Assembly (NCBI GenBank): GCA_965242695.1
Contig: CBDESU010000001.1
Coordinates: 672,001-736,000, forward strand
Direction: 5' to 3'
Length of the DNA stretch: 64,000 bases
Source: Cenarchaeum sp.
GTDB lineage: Archaea > Thermoproteota > Nitrososphaeria > Nitrososphaerales > Nitrosopumilaceae
Position 1 is the first letter of the stretch. Each line of letters starts with the position of its first letter. Shown in pieces: positions 41,489 to 50,165 of the stretch. A program made the position numbers and the translations under genes. The notes below the pieces were generated by a model. That model was not told the origin of the DNA. It saw only the letters and a list, made by a program, of their open reading frames with translations, and did no database searches.

Positions 41489-43153
41489 CTAGCGCCCCCC
41501 GCCGTCCCCGCCGATCACGGCAAGCGCCCTGCCGGGTATGTCTCCGAGCCTGCTGACGGCCAGAGTCCTGTCGTAGCCGAGGCCCTTGAGGTTTGATGCG
41601 ATCGCCGTCGCCCTTACCGTGTCGGGCCCGAACCCGATGGCCGCCATGCTGGTCCCCGCCGCCCTGAACGCCCGTATGGCCGAGCGGACGGCATCGGGGT
41701 CGGACGGCTCGCCGTCGGTTAGCGTGAGGAGCACGTCCGGCCTGCTTCCCGACCCGAGCGCCGGCATCATGCGGGCGTACACGTCGGCGAGCGGCGTCGA
41801 GCCGTTGGCCTGTATCTGCGCGAGGCGCTTTGCGCACGCGCTGTTCCACCTCTGCCCGCCGGACTTTACCTGCCAGCACATGACGGCCCTGTCTGACGTG
41901 CTGAACGCGTACGCCGAGAACGGCACGCGCAGGTACGCGAGGACCTCGCACAGGGCCAGGGCGGCCTTTTTGTACTCGGACTGGACGGCCGCGACGCTCG
42001 ACGAGTGGTCGAGCAGGATGGCGGCCCTGGACCGCACGGACCTGCGCGTGTCGGACAGGAACGGCGCATGCCCGTCGACGTGCGCCTCGGCGTCAAACTC
42101 GTCGCCTCCGGACTCTACGTGCGCCTCGGACCACCCGGACTTCCACTCCTTGAAGCGGCGCTTGAGGCCGGCGATCAGGTCACGGTCGTAGATGGCCGTC
42201 TCGTCGACGTCCGTCCGCTGCGGCTCGGTTATCCACGGCGCCTCGGCGCCGCCGGCAGCGCCGGAGGGGCCCGCGGCCGCATCCGCGGCGGCCCTCCTCC
42301 CGCGCCGCCCGCCGCCTCTGCCGCCGCCGCGGCCGGCCAGCGCCTCGTACTCGGGGCGCACGGAATCGCCGCCGGCGGCCTCTTCGGGGTCGACCCTGCC
42401 GAACATGCCCTCCCTCGAGCGGAGCGTGCGCGGGAGCGCCCTTCGCAGGTCGTCGGCGTTGATGGCCAGCGCCGGCCTAGACCACGGCAGGGCGACGGGA
42501 ACAGTCAGCAGCGAGTCGATGCCGAGCGTGCGGATGATGCCGGGCACCTCGCCCTCGACCCACTCGGTGCCGAGGCCCTCCTCGAGGGCCCTGCCGAGGG
42601 CGGCCGAGGCGGCGGCGGACGCGCGCGCGATGCGGTCGAGCTGGTTTGAGGCTGCCTCGCCCTTTACGCCGCCGAACGCAAAGTGCTGGTAGAACCCCTC
42701 GACGAGGCGCGCCCTCCCGTACACGGACCCAAGCAGCGGCCTGTCCATCCACCGGCACGTCTGGCTGAAGACGAGCTCGGGGTCCATGCCCGGCCACCTG
42801 CGCCTGCCGAGCGCCTCGACGCGCCTGGACTCGATCGCGTTGAGTATGAAGCCGAACGCGTGGTCGTCGCTGAGTATCCTGCCGCACAGCGAGAGCCTCA
42901 TCGACTCGCGCCACACGGACGCGCGAAACTGCCTGTACTTTTGCAGGCCGTCGCCCCTGAGCCTGCCCTGCCGCGGGACGATGATGCGCCCGTTCCCGGC
43001 GGGAGCGGTGCGCGCGTGCCCCCTGTCCGTGAACTCGACGGTCGCGCGCGGCCGCCCCGACCAGCGCCGGGCCAGGAACGTGCCGATCTCGACGAGGCCG
43101 TCGGGCCCGACCTCAGGCAGCGCCGCCGCCGTCTCCGCCGCCTCCGGGCCCAA
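41489..43153 (-). CDS. vWA-domain protein (MoxR/CbbQ partner)
   Basis: LLDHSSSV MIDAS, GSTPL, LTDGEP. Confidence 0.85.
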   Translation of the reverse strand: MGPEAAETAAALPEVGPDGLVEIGTFLARRWSGRPRATVEFTDRGHARTAPAGNGRIIVPRQGRLRGDGLQKYRQFRASVWRESMRLSLCGRILSDDHAFGFILNAIESRRVEALGRRRWPGMDPELVFSQTCRWMDRPLLGSVYGRARLVEGFYQHFAFGGVKGEAASNQLDRIARASAAASAALGRALEEGLGTEWVEGEVPGIIRTLGIDSLLTVPVALPWSRPALAINADDLRRALPRTLRSREGMFGRVDPEEAAGGDSVRPEYEALAGRGGGRGGGRRGRRAAADAAAGPSGAAGGAEAPWITEPQRTDVDETAIYDRDLIAGLKRRFKEWKSGWSEAHVESGGDEFDAEAHVDGHAPFLSDTRRSVRSRAAILLDHSSSVAAVQSEYKKAALALCEVLAYLRVPFSAYAFSTSDRAVMCWQVKSGGQRWNSACAKRLAQIQANGSTPLADVYARMMPALGSGSRPDVLLTLTDGEPSDPDAVRSAIRAFRAAGTSMAAIGFGPDTVRATAIASNLKGLGYDRTLAVSRLGDIPGRALAVIGGDGGGR

Positions 43154-44018
43154 ACATCGAGGATATGACGTCGGCGGCCTTTTGGAACTCTAGGCCGCCC
43201 CACTGCGCGTACACGTTGCCGAAGACGGCCTCGGCGGCGGCGCCTGCCCCCATGCCGCCGCCGACCAGCCTCGCGTACGATATCGTCTCGCGCAGGCTCG
43301 GGGCGTACTCTAGCTCCTCGACGGCGGCCGCCTGCCGGAGCGTGTTTGCAAGCTCTATGCCGCGCGCAAGGTCGGCATCGCCGATCCGCGCCGCGCCGGA
43401 TGCGGCAAGGTGCCGCCGGACGATCTCGGACTCTGCATCCGGAGGCGGGTACTCTAGGCGGATGCGCACGGGAAACCTGCTGAGCAGCTGCGGCGGCAGC
43501 TCCTTCGTACCGACGTGCGTGAGCGGGTTTATCGTGGCCACGACGAACCATCCGGCGGCGGCCGCCACGGTGCTGCCGTCGGACTCCTTGAGGACGATCT
43601 GCCGCCGGTCGTCGAGCGCCTCGTCGAGGCGCAGCAGGACGTCGGCCTCGGCCGCGTTTATCTCGTCCAGGTACAGTATCCCGCCCTCCCTCATCGACCT
43701 TACGAGGAGGCCCTCGTCAAAGCCGACCGAGCCGCCCTCGAGCGTCTTTGAGCCGACCAGGTGGCTCTCGCGGGTGCGCAGGCTGAAGTTGATCGAGTCT
43801 AGGCGCGCGGCCCTTGCCCGGGCAAACTCCCTGACGAGGGTCGTCTTGCCGGTCCCCTTGGGGCCTATGACGAGCGCGAACAGCCCCGCATCGTGGGCCC
43901 TTGCGAGCAGCCCGGCTGCGCCGTTCCAGTCCAGGTACCCGGCCGGGGCCGGCGCCGCGCCTGCTCCTCCCTCGCCTCCTCCGGCCCCCGACACGGGATC
44001 CGGCCCGCGCCCGCGCAA
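43113..44018 (-). CDS. MoxR/CbbQ/NorQ-family AAA ATPase
   Basis: GPKGTGKT Walker A, YLDEIN Walker B, ATINP, LLSRF. Confidence 0.9.
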   Translation of the reverse strand: MRGRGPDPVSGAGGGEGGAGAAPAPAGYLDWNGAAGLLARAHDAGLFALVIGPKGTGKTTLVREFARARAARLDSINFSLRTRESHLVGSKTLEGGSVGFDEGLLVRSMREGGILYLDEINAAEADVLLRLDEALDDRRQIVLKESDGSTVAAAAGWFVVATINPLTHVGTKELPPQLLSRFPVRIRLEYPPPDAESEIVRRHLAASGAARIGDADLARGIELANTLRQAAAVEELEYAPSLRETISYARLVGGGMGAGAAAEAVFGNVYAQWGGLEFQKAADVISSMFGPGGGGDGGGAA

Positions 44019-44091
44019 TATGTGCCTACCCGCCTGCCCCGCCGCTGTCGCCGCGGGGATTGATTATATGCGGCGCAGTGGGACGGCCCGC

Positions 44092-45306
44092 ATGGAATCT
44101 CCGGTGATGATCAGGATCGACCCAGGCGTGCTAAGGTGGGTCATGGACAACGAGGGCTGGGAGGTCGACGAGCTGGCCCGCGAGGCGGACCTGAGCGCAC
44201 TGCAGCTGCGCAGGTGGGTCTCGTCCGAGTCGGACATAAGCCTGGACGATATCCGCAAGATGTCGGACAAGTTCAGGCGCCCCATGTCCGTCCTCTTCAT
44301 GGCCGAGGCGCCCACTACGACCATTCCGCCGCAGTATCGAAGGTGCCGCGGAGAGGGACGGGCGAAGCCTAGGATGTCGCGGGACATGCTCAATGTGATC
44401 AGGGAGGCGCGCTTCGTTCAGGAGAATGCGGCCGAGCTGCTGCACGAGATGGGCAAGAGCGCATGTCCGGACGTGCGCACGGCCACCCTTGAGCAGAGTC
44501 CGGAGGCGGAGGCGGCCCGCAACGCGAAGATGCTCGGCATTGAGCCGCCACGGGGGACCGGATACGGCGAGGACGGCGAAGAAAAACGGTACTACAGCAT
44601 CAGGGAGAAAATCGAGTCGCGCAACATCTTCGTCCTGCAGGAGGCAACCCCTGCAAGAGATGGTGCATCGGGCCTCGCCCTTGCGGATCCCAGACCTGCG
44701 GTAGTGCTGGTCAACTCGCGCGATCCTGTGAGGAATAGGATCTTTACGCTCCTGCACGAGTATGCCCACGTCCTCTTGGGCGCCGACGGCGTTTGTCCTG
44801 CCAGCCCTGCACCGGACGGCGCCGACGGCGTGGATGGACGCTTGCCACGTGTTGAACTGTGGTGCAACAGATTTGCTAGCGCCGTGCTCATGCCCAGGAA
44901 TGAATTCAACGTTGCGCTAGATGATGCGCGCAGGTCTGTTGGCGATGGTGATCCGCATCGGGCGGTGTCCGCAATGTCTGACAGGTTCTGTGTGAGTATG
45001 CCTGCGGCCCTGCTGCGCGCTGTGGAAGTGCTCGACGACAGCGGACTTAAGTCTAGGTATGCTCGTTGCTATGAGCAGATGGAAGAGGAGGCGGTGGCGC
45101 CAGATGCGAAAGACGTAGAGGCCCGCGGTGCGATAGGGGGTATGTCGCCGGCGATGCTGTGCATGGCTCGCAAGGGGCGCAAGTATGCTCGCTTGGTCTC
45201 CGACGCAGGGGAGTCCGGCATCATAACGACCAGAACCATGCTCGAATACCTAGGGATAAAACTGGATCACCTTGACGATCTCAGGATCCGGAGCGGAGCG
45301 GAGTAG
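44092..45306 (+). CDS. XRE-HTH + ImmA/IrrE metallopeptidase
   Basis: N-terminal HTH, FTLLHEYAH, ELWCNRFAS. Confidence 0.88.
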   Translation: MESPVMIRIDPGVLRWVMDNEGWEVDELAREADLSALQLRRWVSSESDISLDDIRKMSDKFRRPMSVLFMAEAPTTTIPPQYRRCRGEGRAKPRMSRDMLNVIREARFVQENAAELLHEMGKSACPDVRTATLEQSPEAEAARNAKMLGIEPPRGTGYGEDGEEKRYYSIREKIESRNIFVLQEATPARDGASGLALADPRPAVVLVNSRDPVRNRIFTLLHEYAHVLLGADGVCPASPAPDGADGVDGRLPRVELWCNRFASAVLMPRNEFNVALDDARRSVGDGDPHRAVSAMSDRFCVSMPAALLRAVEVLDDSGLKSRYARCYEQMEEEAVAPDAKDVEARGAIGGMSPAMLCMARKGRKYARLVSDAGESGIITTRTMLEYLGIKLDHLDDLRIRSGAE

Positions 45307-45309
45307 ACA

Positions 45310-45783
45310 ATGCACGGGTATGTCGTCGATACCAGTTCACTAATAGACATTGTGCGGCATTACCCCAAAGTTGTATTTCCTGGCTTGTGGAAAAAAATCA
45401 ATGTGTTGGTAGTGGAAGGAAGAATGACGGCCCCCTGGCAAGTTTACAAAGAGATCGAACAAAAACATGATCAACTATATGGGTGGGCTAGGAACCATAT
45501 GGTCATGTTTAAGAAAAACACCCGCCATGTAGCACAATTTGCGGCCAAATTGTCAAAAGAACACCGCCAGATGAGTGGCCGCCACGCAAGTGTGGAAAGG
45601 GCGGATCCATATATCATTGCACTGGCATACTACACGCCTTCTGACTTGCCTGGCGGGAAGGCTGTCCTAGTGACGGAAGAGCGCACAAAGGCGGGCCAAA
45701 TTCCCCAGATTGCTAGTTTGTACGGCTTGACACATCTTGAGCTTGTCGGTATGATGCTGGAAGAAAAATGGTCGTTTGGATAA
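45310..45783 (+). CDS. DUF4411-like PIN protein
   Basis: YVVDTSSLI...FPGLW...VYKEI...ADPYIIALA...LVTEE...IP. AT-rich. Confidence 0.82.
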   Translation: MHGYVVDTSSLIDIVRHYPKVVFPGLWKKINVLVVEGRMTAPWQVYKEIEQKHDQLYGWARNHMVMFKKNTRHVAQFAAKLSKEHRQMSGRHASVERADPYIIALAYYTPSDLPGGKAVLVTEERTKAGQIPQIASLYGLTHLELVGMMLEEKWSFG

Positions 45784-46066
45784 GCTCCGCCTACGTGGAC
45801 CACCGCAACTGCGCGCCGCTGCATGTTGCCATGTCTGCTTTGGCCGAACACCTACTCCCGTCCCGGGGAATGATGTCTTGGAGACGCGCGGGATGCGAGC
45901 AACCGCACGGCCGGCGGGTGGGTTCTGACCGCCGGCACGCCTGTCGCCCTGGCCCTCTACCTGCCTGAACATGGCTGCCATGCGCGCCGCCTACTGGCGT
46001 GGACCACTGGATCCGCGGCCCCTGACAGGGTTACCCTTTTTAATGCCGCGCCGCCCGCGCGCGCCA

Positions 46067-47017
46067 ATGAATATGATAAGAAGCTCGATATTCCTCGTCC
46101 TGGCCGCAGTCGCGGTTGCCGCCTATGCGGCGCCGGCTGCGCACGCGGATCACCCCACGGCGTCGGTTTCCAACGCCAAGGGATCTTCCGTGCCGGGCTG
46201 CGAGGCTACCAACGAGTGCTTTATCCCCGCCGACGTCACGGTCGACGTCGGCGGCGAGGTGACGTGGAGCAACGACGACACGGCGGCCCATACCATAACA
46301 AGCGGAACGCCTGCGGACGGGCCTGACGGCACGTTCGACAGCAGCCTGGTCATGCCGGGCACCACATTCTCGTACACGTTCGAGGATGCGGGCGAGTATA
46401 CGTACTTTTGCGTGGTGCACCCGTGGATGGAAGGTACCGTGACAGTCTCCGGCGAAGCCCACGGCGGCGACGACATGACAATGGACGACTCGGCCGTGTC
46501 AATGGGCAGCGGCGACGACGACCACGGCGCAATGGACGACGACCACGGCCACGAACACGATATGGAGGAGGCGGGGACGATGCCAGAGGGCGACGTTAGC
46601 GCCACCGGAATGCTCCCAGACGGCACTGCCGTCGAACTGACGGCCACGCAGCTCTTGGAGCAGAGGGTCATGCAGATCGACATCGTGTTCAAGGACTCCG
46701 AGCACGTCAACTACGACATAGTGGCAGTCCAGGACGGCAAGACCGTGCTGGAGGACATGGGCGCGCACGAGCACATGGGCGTGGGCAGCCACAGGACCAT
46801 GCCGCTCGACCTGGATCCGGCAGAGTACCCACTCGACATTACCGTCACCTTCAGCGGGTACGGCATAAGCGAGATGACGGGCGAGCCGGGCGAGGTCGTC
46901 TTTGCGAGCATCGTGCCAGAGTTCGGCGCCGTGGCGGCGCTCGTGCTCGCGGTCGCGATCGTCTCGATCGTAGCGGTCACCGCAAGGTCGCGCCTGGGTC
47001 TTGTTCCAAGAGTCTAG
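46067..47017 (+). CDS. Plastocyanin/azurin-like blue copper protein with PEFG-CTERM
   Basis: WSNDDTAAHT, YFCVVHPWMEG, His/Met/Asp-rich linker, C-terminal VPEFG + TM. Confidence 0.92.
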   Translation: MNMIRSSIFLVLAAVAVAAYAAPAAHADHPTASVSNAKGSSVPGCEATNECFIPADVTVDVGGEVTWSNDDTAAHTITSGTPADGPDGTFDSSLVMPGTTFSYTFEDAGEYTYFCVVHPWMEGTVTVSGEAHGGDDMTMDDSAVSMGSGDDDHGAMDDDHGHEHDMEEAGTMPEGDVSATGMLPDGTAVELTATQLLEQRVMQIDIVFKDSEHVNYDIVAVQDGKTVLEDMGAHEHMGVGSHRTMPLDLDPAEYPLDITVTFSGYGISEMTGEPGEVVFASIVPEFGAVAALVLAVAIVSIVAVTARSRLGLVPRV

Positions 47018-47094
47018 ACTTCACACTTTCCTGTTTTTGACGCGCGGATCGTCGCCGTTGCCGCCCCGCCTCGCCCGGCCATGGGGCGCAGGGC

Positions 47095-48561
47095 TCAGTT
47101 GCAGTACCTCTGCAGGCGCTCGTTGGACTCGGACAGCCTGCGGTGCAGCTCGCCGCGCCACTCGGCAAACCCGCCCGGCTCGTCCGGAAACGCGCGGTAG
47201 TGGGAGGTAAGCCACCTGTTCTGCTCGGTCGTGAATCGCAGCCCGTCGGCGAGCCTCCGGTTGAGCGCGCCCCTGATGATCATGCCGAGCTTTCCGAGGG
47301 CCCCGAAGTCGGGGTGCTCGCCCTTTGATATGGCCTCTACGTCGAGGTTTCCGAGAAAGTGCTTCATGCCGTAGTCTATCTGCTCGTTGGTGAGCGTCTG
47401 GATGAGGCGCCGGAACAGCTCTAGGCCGGCCGTCTTGTACCCGTACTCGTCGATAAACTCCTTGTTGTACCTCCACAGGCCGGCCTCGCCCGTGTCGCCT
47501 GCCTCGACGGCCTCGGCGGCGCACCTGCCGGCGATCGTGCCCGCCACGAGGGCCGGGCCTATGCCGCCGGCGTCGAGCGGCTTTGGCATCCACGCCGAGT
47601 CGCCGACGAGCATGAACCCGCCGGACACCATGCAGTCGTTCTGCCTCCTGACCGAGACCTGGAAGTTGCCCGTCGCGTTGTTGCTGTCGCCGGGGTCCTC
47701 GGACAGGCGCGGGTTGCGTATGGCGCGGTTCCTGCCGACGTACTCTTCTATGAGCGACGAGACGCCGTCGCCGCGCCCCATGCGGGCGTTGCGCTTCTCG
47801 AGCAGCGTCTTTTCGACGCCTAGGCCGATGTTTACCTTGTTGTCGCCCTTTGGGAATACCCAGCCGTACCCGCCGGGCGCGATGTCCTGGTCGAGGTGTA
47901 TGATGCAGTAGTCGGGGTCGAACTCGGACCTGTCGTCCTCGCCGCCGTCAAAGTACATTATGTGGCGGCCCGTAGACTCTACGTCGCGCCTGTCTATGCG
48001 CCTCTCGATCTTGTCCGTGTTCGAGACGGTCGCGCGCAGCATCGACGTCATGCCTGTCGCGTCGACGACGACATGGGCCGTCCTCTTGAACGGCTCCCTC
48101 GAGGCGGTGTCGGCGCCCCTTACGCCGGACACGCGCCTCTTCCCGCCGTCCTCCTCGTAGAGCAGCCCCGTGAGGTTCACGTTGAACGCAAACTCGACGC
48201 CCATGCCCCTGGACCGCTCGTTCTGCCGCTCGGGGAGCAGCTGGCGGTTGAGCATGTACCCGTCGCCGTCGAACGGTATGGCCGTCTGCCTGTCCGGCGA
48301 GAACGCCATCACGCCCTTTACGGTGTGCTCGATCTCGGGCTCGGTCCACTCCACGCGCGTGCGCTCGGACATGTAGTCGACGGCCTCCTTGCTGACCGCA
48401 TCCCCGCATATCCACCCCGCCAGGTTCTTGCTGCCGGGCATGCGCTCGGGGCTGCGGTCGACTACGAGCACGCGCAGCCTCTGGTTCGAGTGGCGTGCGA
48501 CGGACTGCGCCACGACGGTGCCGGCGAGCCCGCCGCCGGCGACGATGACGTCATAGTCCAA
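47095..48561 (-). CDS. Geranylgeranyl-reductase-family FAD oxidoreductase
   Basis: VIVAGGGLAG, DATG, GYGWVFPKG, VGDSA...PLDAGGI. Confidence 0.85.
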   Translation of the reverse strand: MDYDVIVAGGGLAGTVVAQSVARHSNQRLRVLVVDRSPERMPGSKNLAGWICGDAVSKEAVDYMSERTRVEWTEPEIEHTVKGVMAFSPDRQTAIPFDGDGYMLNRQLLPERQNERSRGMGVEFAFNVNLTGLLYEEDGGKRRVSGVRGADTASREPFKRTAHVVVDATGMTSMLRATVSNTDKIERRIDRRDVESTGRHIMYFDGGEDDRSEFDPDYCIIHLDQDIAPGGYGWVFPKGDNKVNIGLGVEKTLLEKRNARMGRGDGVSSLIEEYVGRNRAIRNPRLSEDPGDSNNATGNFQVSVRRQNDCMVSGGFMLVGDSAWMPKPLDAGGIGPALVAGTIAGRCAAEAVEAGDTGEAGLWRYNKEFIDEYGYKTAGLELFRRLIQTLTNEQIDYGMKHFLGNLDVEAISKGEHPDFGALGKLGMIIRGALNRRLADGLRFTTEQNRWLTSHYRAFPDEPGGFAEWRGELHRRLSESNERLQRYCN

Positions 48562-48708
48562 CGCCCCGCACGGCCGCCCGTCTTTATTTAAAGCACGCCG
48601 GGCGCGGTGCGGTTTGCGGGTCGGTTCGTCGCGGGGTCTTCACCGGTATCAACTCAGACTGGAGCGGCTGCGTCCTCATCCCCGCGGCGCGGCCGCGGCG
48701 GCCGTATT

Positions 48709-49164
48709 TTAACGGTCGAGCAGGGAGAGGTACGCCTCGCGCGCAGCCCCTGCCCCGCCGTACGACGGCACGTAGATGCGCACGCGGACGGCCTCGGCAT
48801 CGCCGAGCTCGAGCCGCCCGATCACGAACCGCTGCTTGTCGAACCGCATGTGCAGGCCGGACCCCGACACGTGGAGGCCGATGCTGCCGGCGACCTCGGC
48901 CGCATCGGCGGCCGACATGGATGCGGCCACGGCCGATGCAAGGCGCGCCGCGCCGGCGCCGCGCGCCCTTGCCGCCAGTATGCGGATGCGGTTGCCGTAG
49001 TGGCCCTCGGCCGCCGTGGTCTCGGCGGATGCGCCGTCGAGGCCGAGGACGGACCCGAGGGCGGCCCTGTACAGGGACTCGTCCTCGGTGGCGTGGAGTA
49101 TGACGTCGACGGCGGCGCGCATGCCGCGGGACGGCGGTCGCGGCCCCTCCTCCTGCGCCGGCAA
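48709..49164 (-). CDS. Archaeal RNA-binding protein (DUF54-like)
   Basis: HATED, GHYGNRI, RFDKQ; follows the eS1 gene. Confidence 0.8.
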   Translation of the reverse strand: MPAQEEGPRPPSRGMRAAVDVILHATEDESLYRAALGSVLGLDGASAETTAAEGHYGNRIRILAARARGAGAARLASAVAASMSAADAAEVAGSIGLHVSGSGLHMRFDKQRFVIGRLELGDAEAVRVRIYVPSYGGAGAAREAYLSLLDR

Positions 49165-49170
49165 GCCGGC

Positions 49171-49782
49171 CTACGCCTCGAGCAGGGTAATCTGCTCGTC
49201 GGCCGTGCGGATGAGCTTTACCTTTTCGAGGCCGACGTGCCTGATCTTGAATATCTTCTTGACCGGCGCCATGATGTCCGAGTTTATCTTGCCGTAGCAC
49301 GTGGCCTGGACGAACTGGTCGATCGTCATCTCGGGGACGGTCTTTGTGATGACGTCGCGCGCGATGAGGCGCAGCGCGTGCTTGCGCGACGTGTTCAGCG
49401 ACGTGAACGTGAGCATGATGACCTTTATGCGGAAGACGTAGCCGTCCTTTGTGCCGACGTCGACGACAAAGTTGACCTTTGACGAGCCGCGCCTGACGAG
49501 GCTGCGCAGGAACTCCTTGGCGTACTCGTACCTCTTGAAGATGCTCGTGGCCCTGTCGCCGTCGACCTTGTCCATCTGGAAGTATATCTTGTACTGGTAC
49601 TGCGACGGGTCGCCCCTGAGTATGTCGAACAGCGTGACCTCTACGAGGCGGCCGCCGACGTGCTCGCCGTCCGTGATGGGCACGTCCGCGAGCCGGACGT
49701 TGTTGAACGAGTCGGGCGCGTACACGGTGACCCACTTCTTGTCCTTCCACTTGTCCCTTACCTTGCTCCTTCTCCTAGCCAA
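49171..49782 (-). CDS. rps3ae: 30S ribosomal protein S3Ae (eS1)
   Basis: VRDKWKDKKW, FLRSLVRRGSSK, TKDGY. TTG start; TTATAA upstream. Confidence 0.95.
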   Translation of the reverse strand: MARRRSKVRDKWKDKKWVTVYAPDSFNNVRLADVPITDGEHVGGRLVEVTLFDILRGDPSQYQYKIYFQMDKVDGDRATSIFKRYEYAKEFLRSLVRRGSSKVNFVVDVGTKDGYVFRIKVIMLTFTSLNTSRKHALRLIARDVITKTVPEMTIDQFVQATCYGKINSDIMAPVKKIFKIRHVGLEKVKLIRTADEQITLLEA

Positions 49783-50165
49783 GCGGCCGGCGCGCCGCCT
49801 GTAGACATTATAAGGGTAGTGAGATTGCCCGATCCGCCTGCGCGCGGCCGGCCGGCCGATCGGGGGGACGCCGCGCGCGGCGGCGGGCGCCCGGCAACGC
49901 TGATGCCGCTGCTCCGTCGTGCCCAGCGGCGTTGGGGGCGATCGCCCCTCCAAGCCCGCTCCCGGCGCCGCGGTCCGAACCGCCTCGAGCTGCCTGCCCC
50001 CTCCTATGCCGCCCTTGGGCGATCGCCCCTCGAGGCCCCCTCCCGGCGCCTGCCCTTCAGCAGCCGCGGCCGCATGCCCTGCCCGACCGATCGCCAAGGG
50101 CGCGGCCCTGCACAGGCTACATATTCGCGGCGCATGTCGCCGGCCCGTTGGACCGGGATGGGCGG

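Noticed and set aside
43165-44091. N-terminal 309 aa of the 713-aa ORF
   Set aside because: Antisense to the MoxR ATPase; the real HTH-IrrE gene starts near 44092.
49932-50050. Imperfect duplicated GGGCGATCGCCC palindrome between eS1 and the RM gene
   Set aside because: Only two degenerate copies in very GC-rich DNA; possible operator but unsupported.
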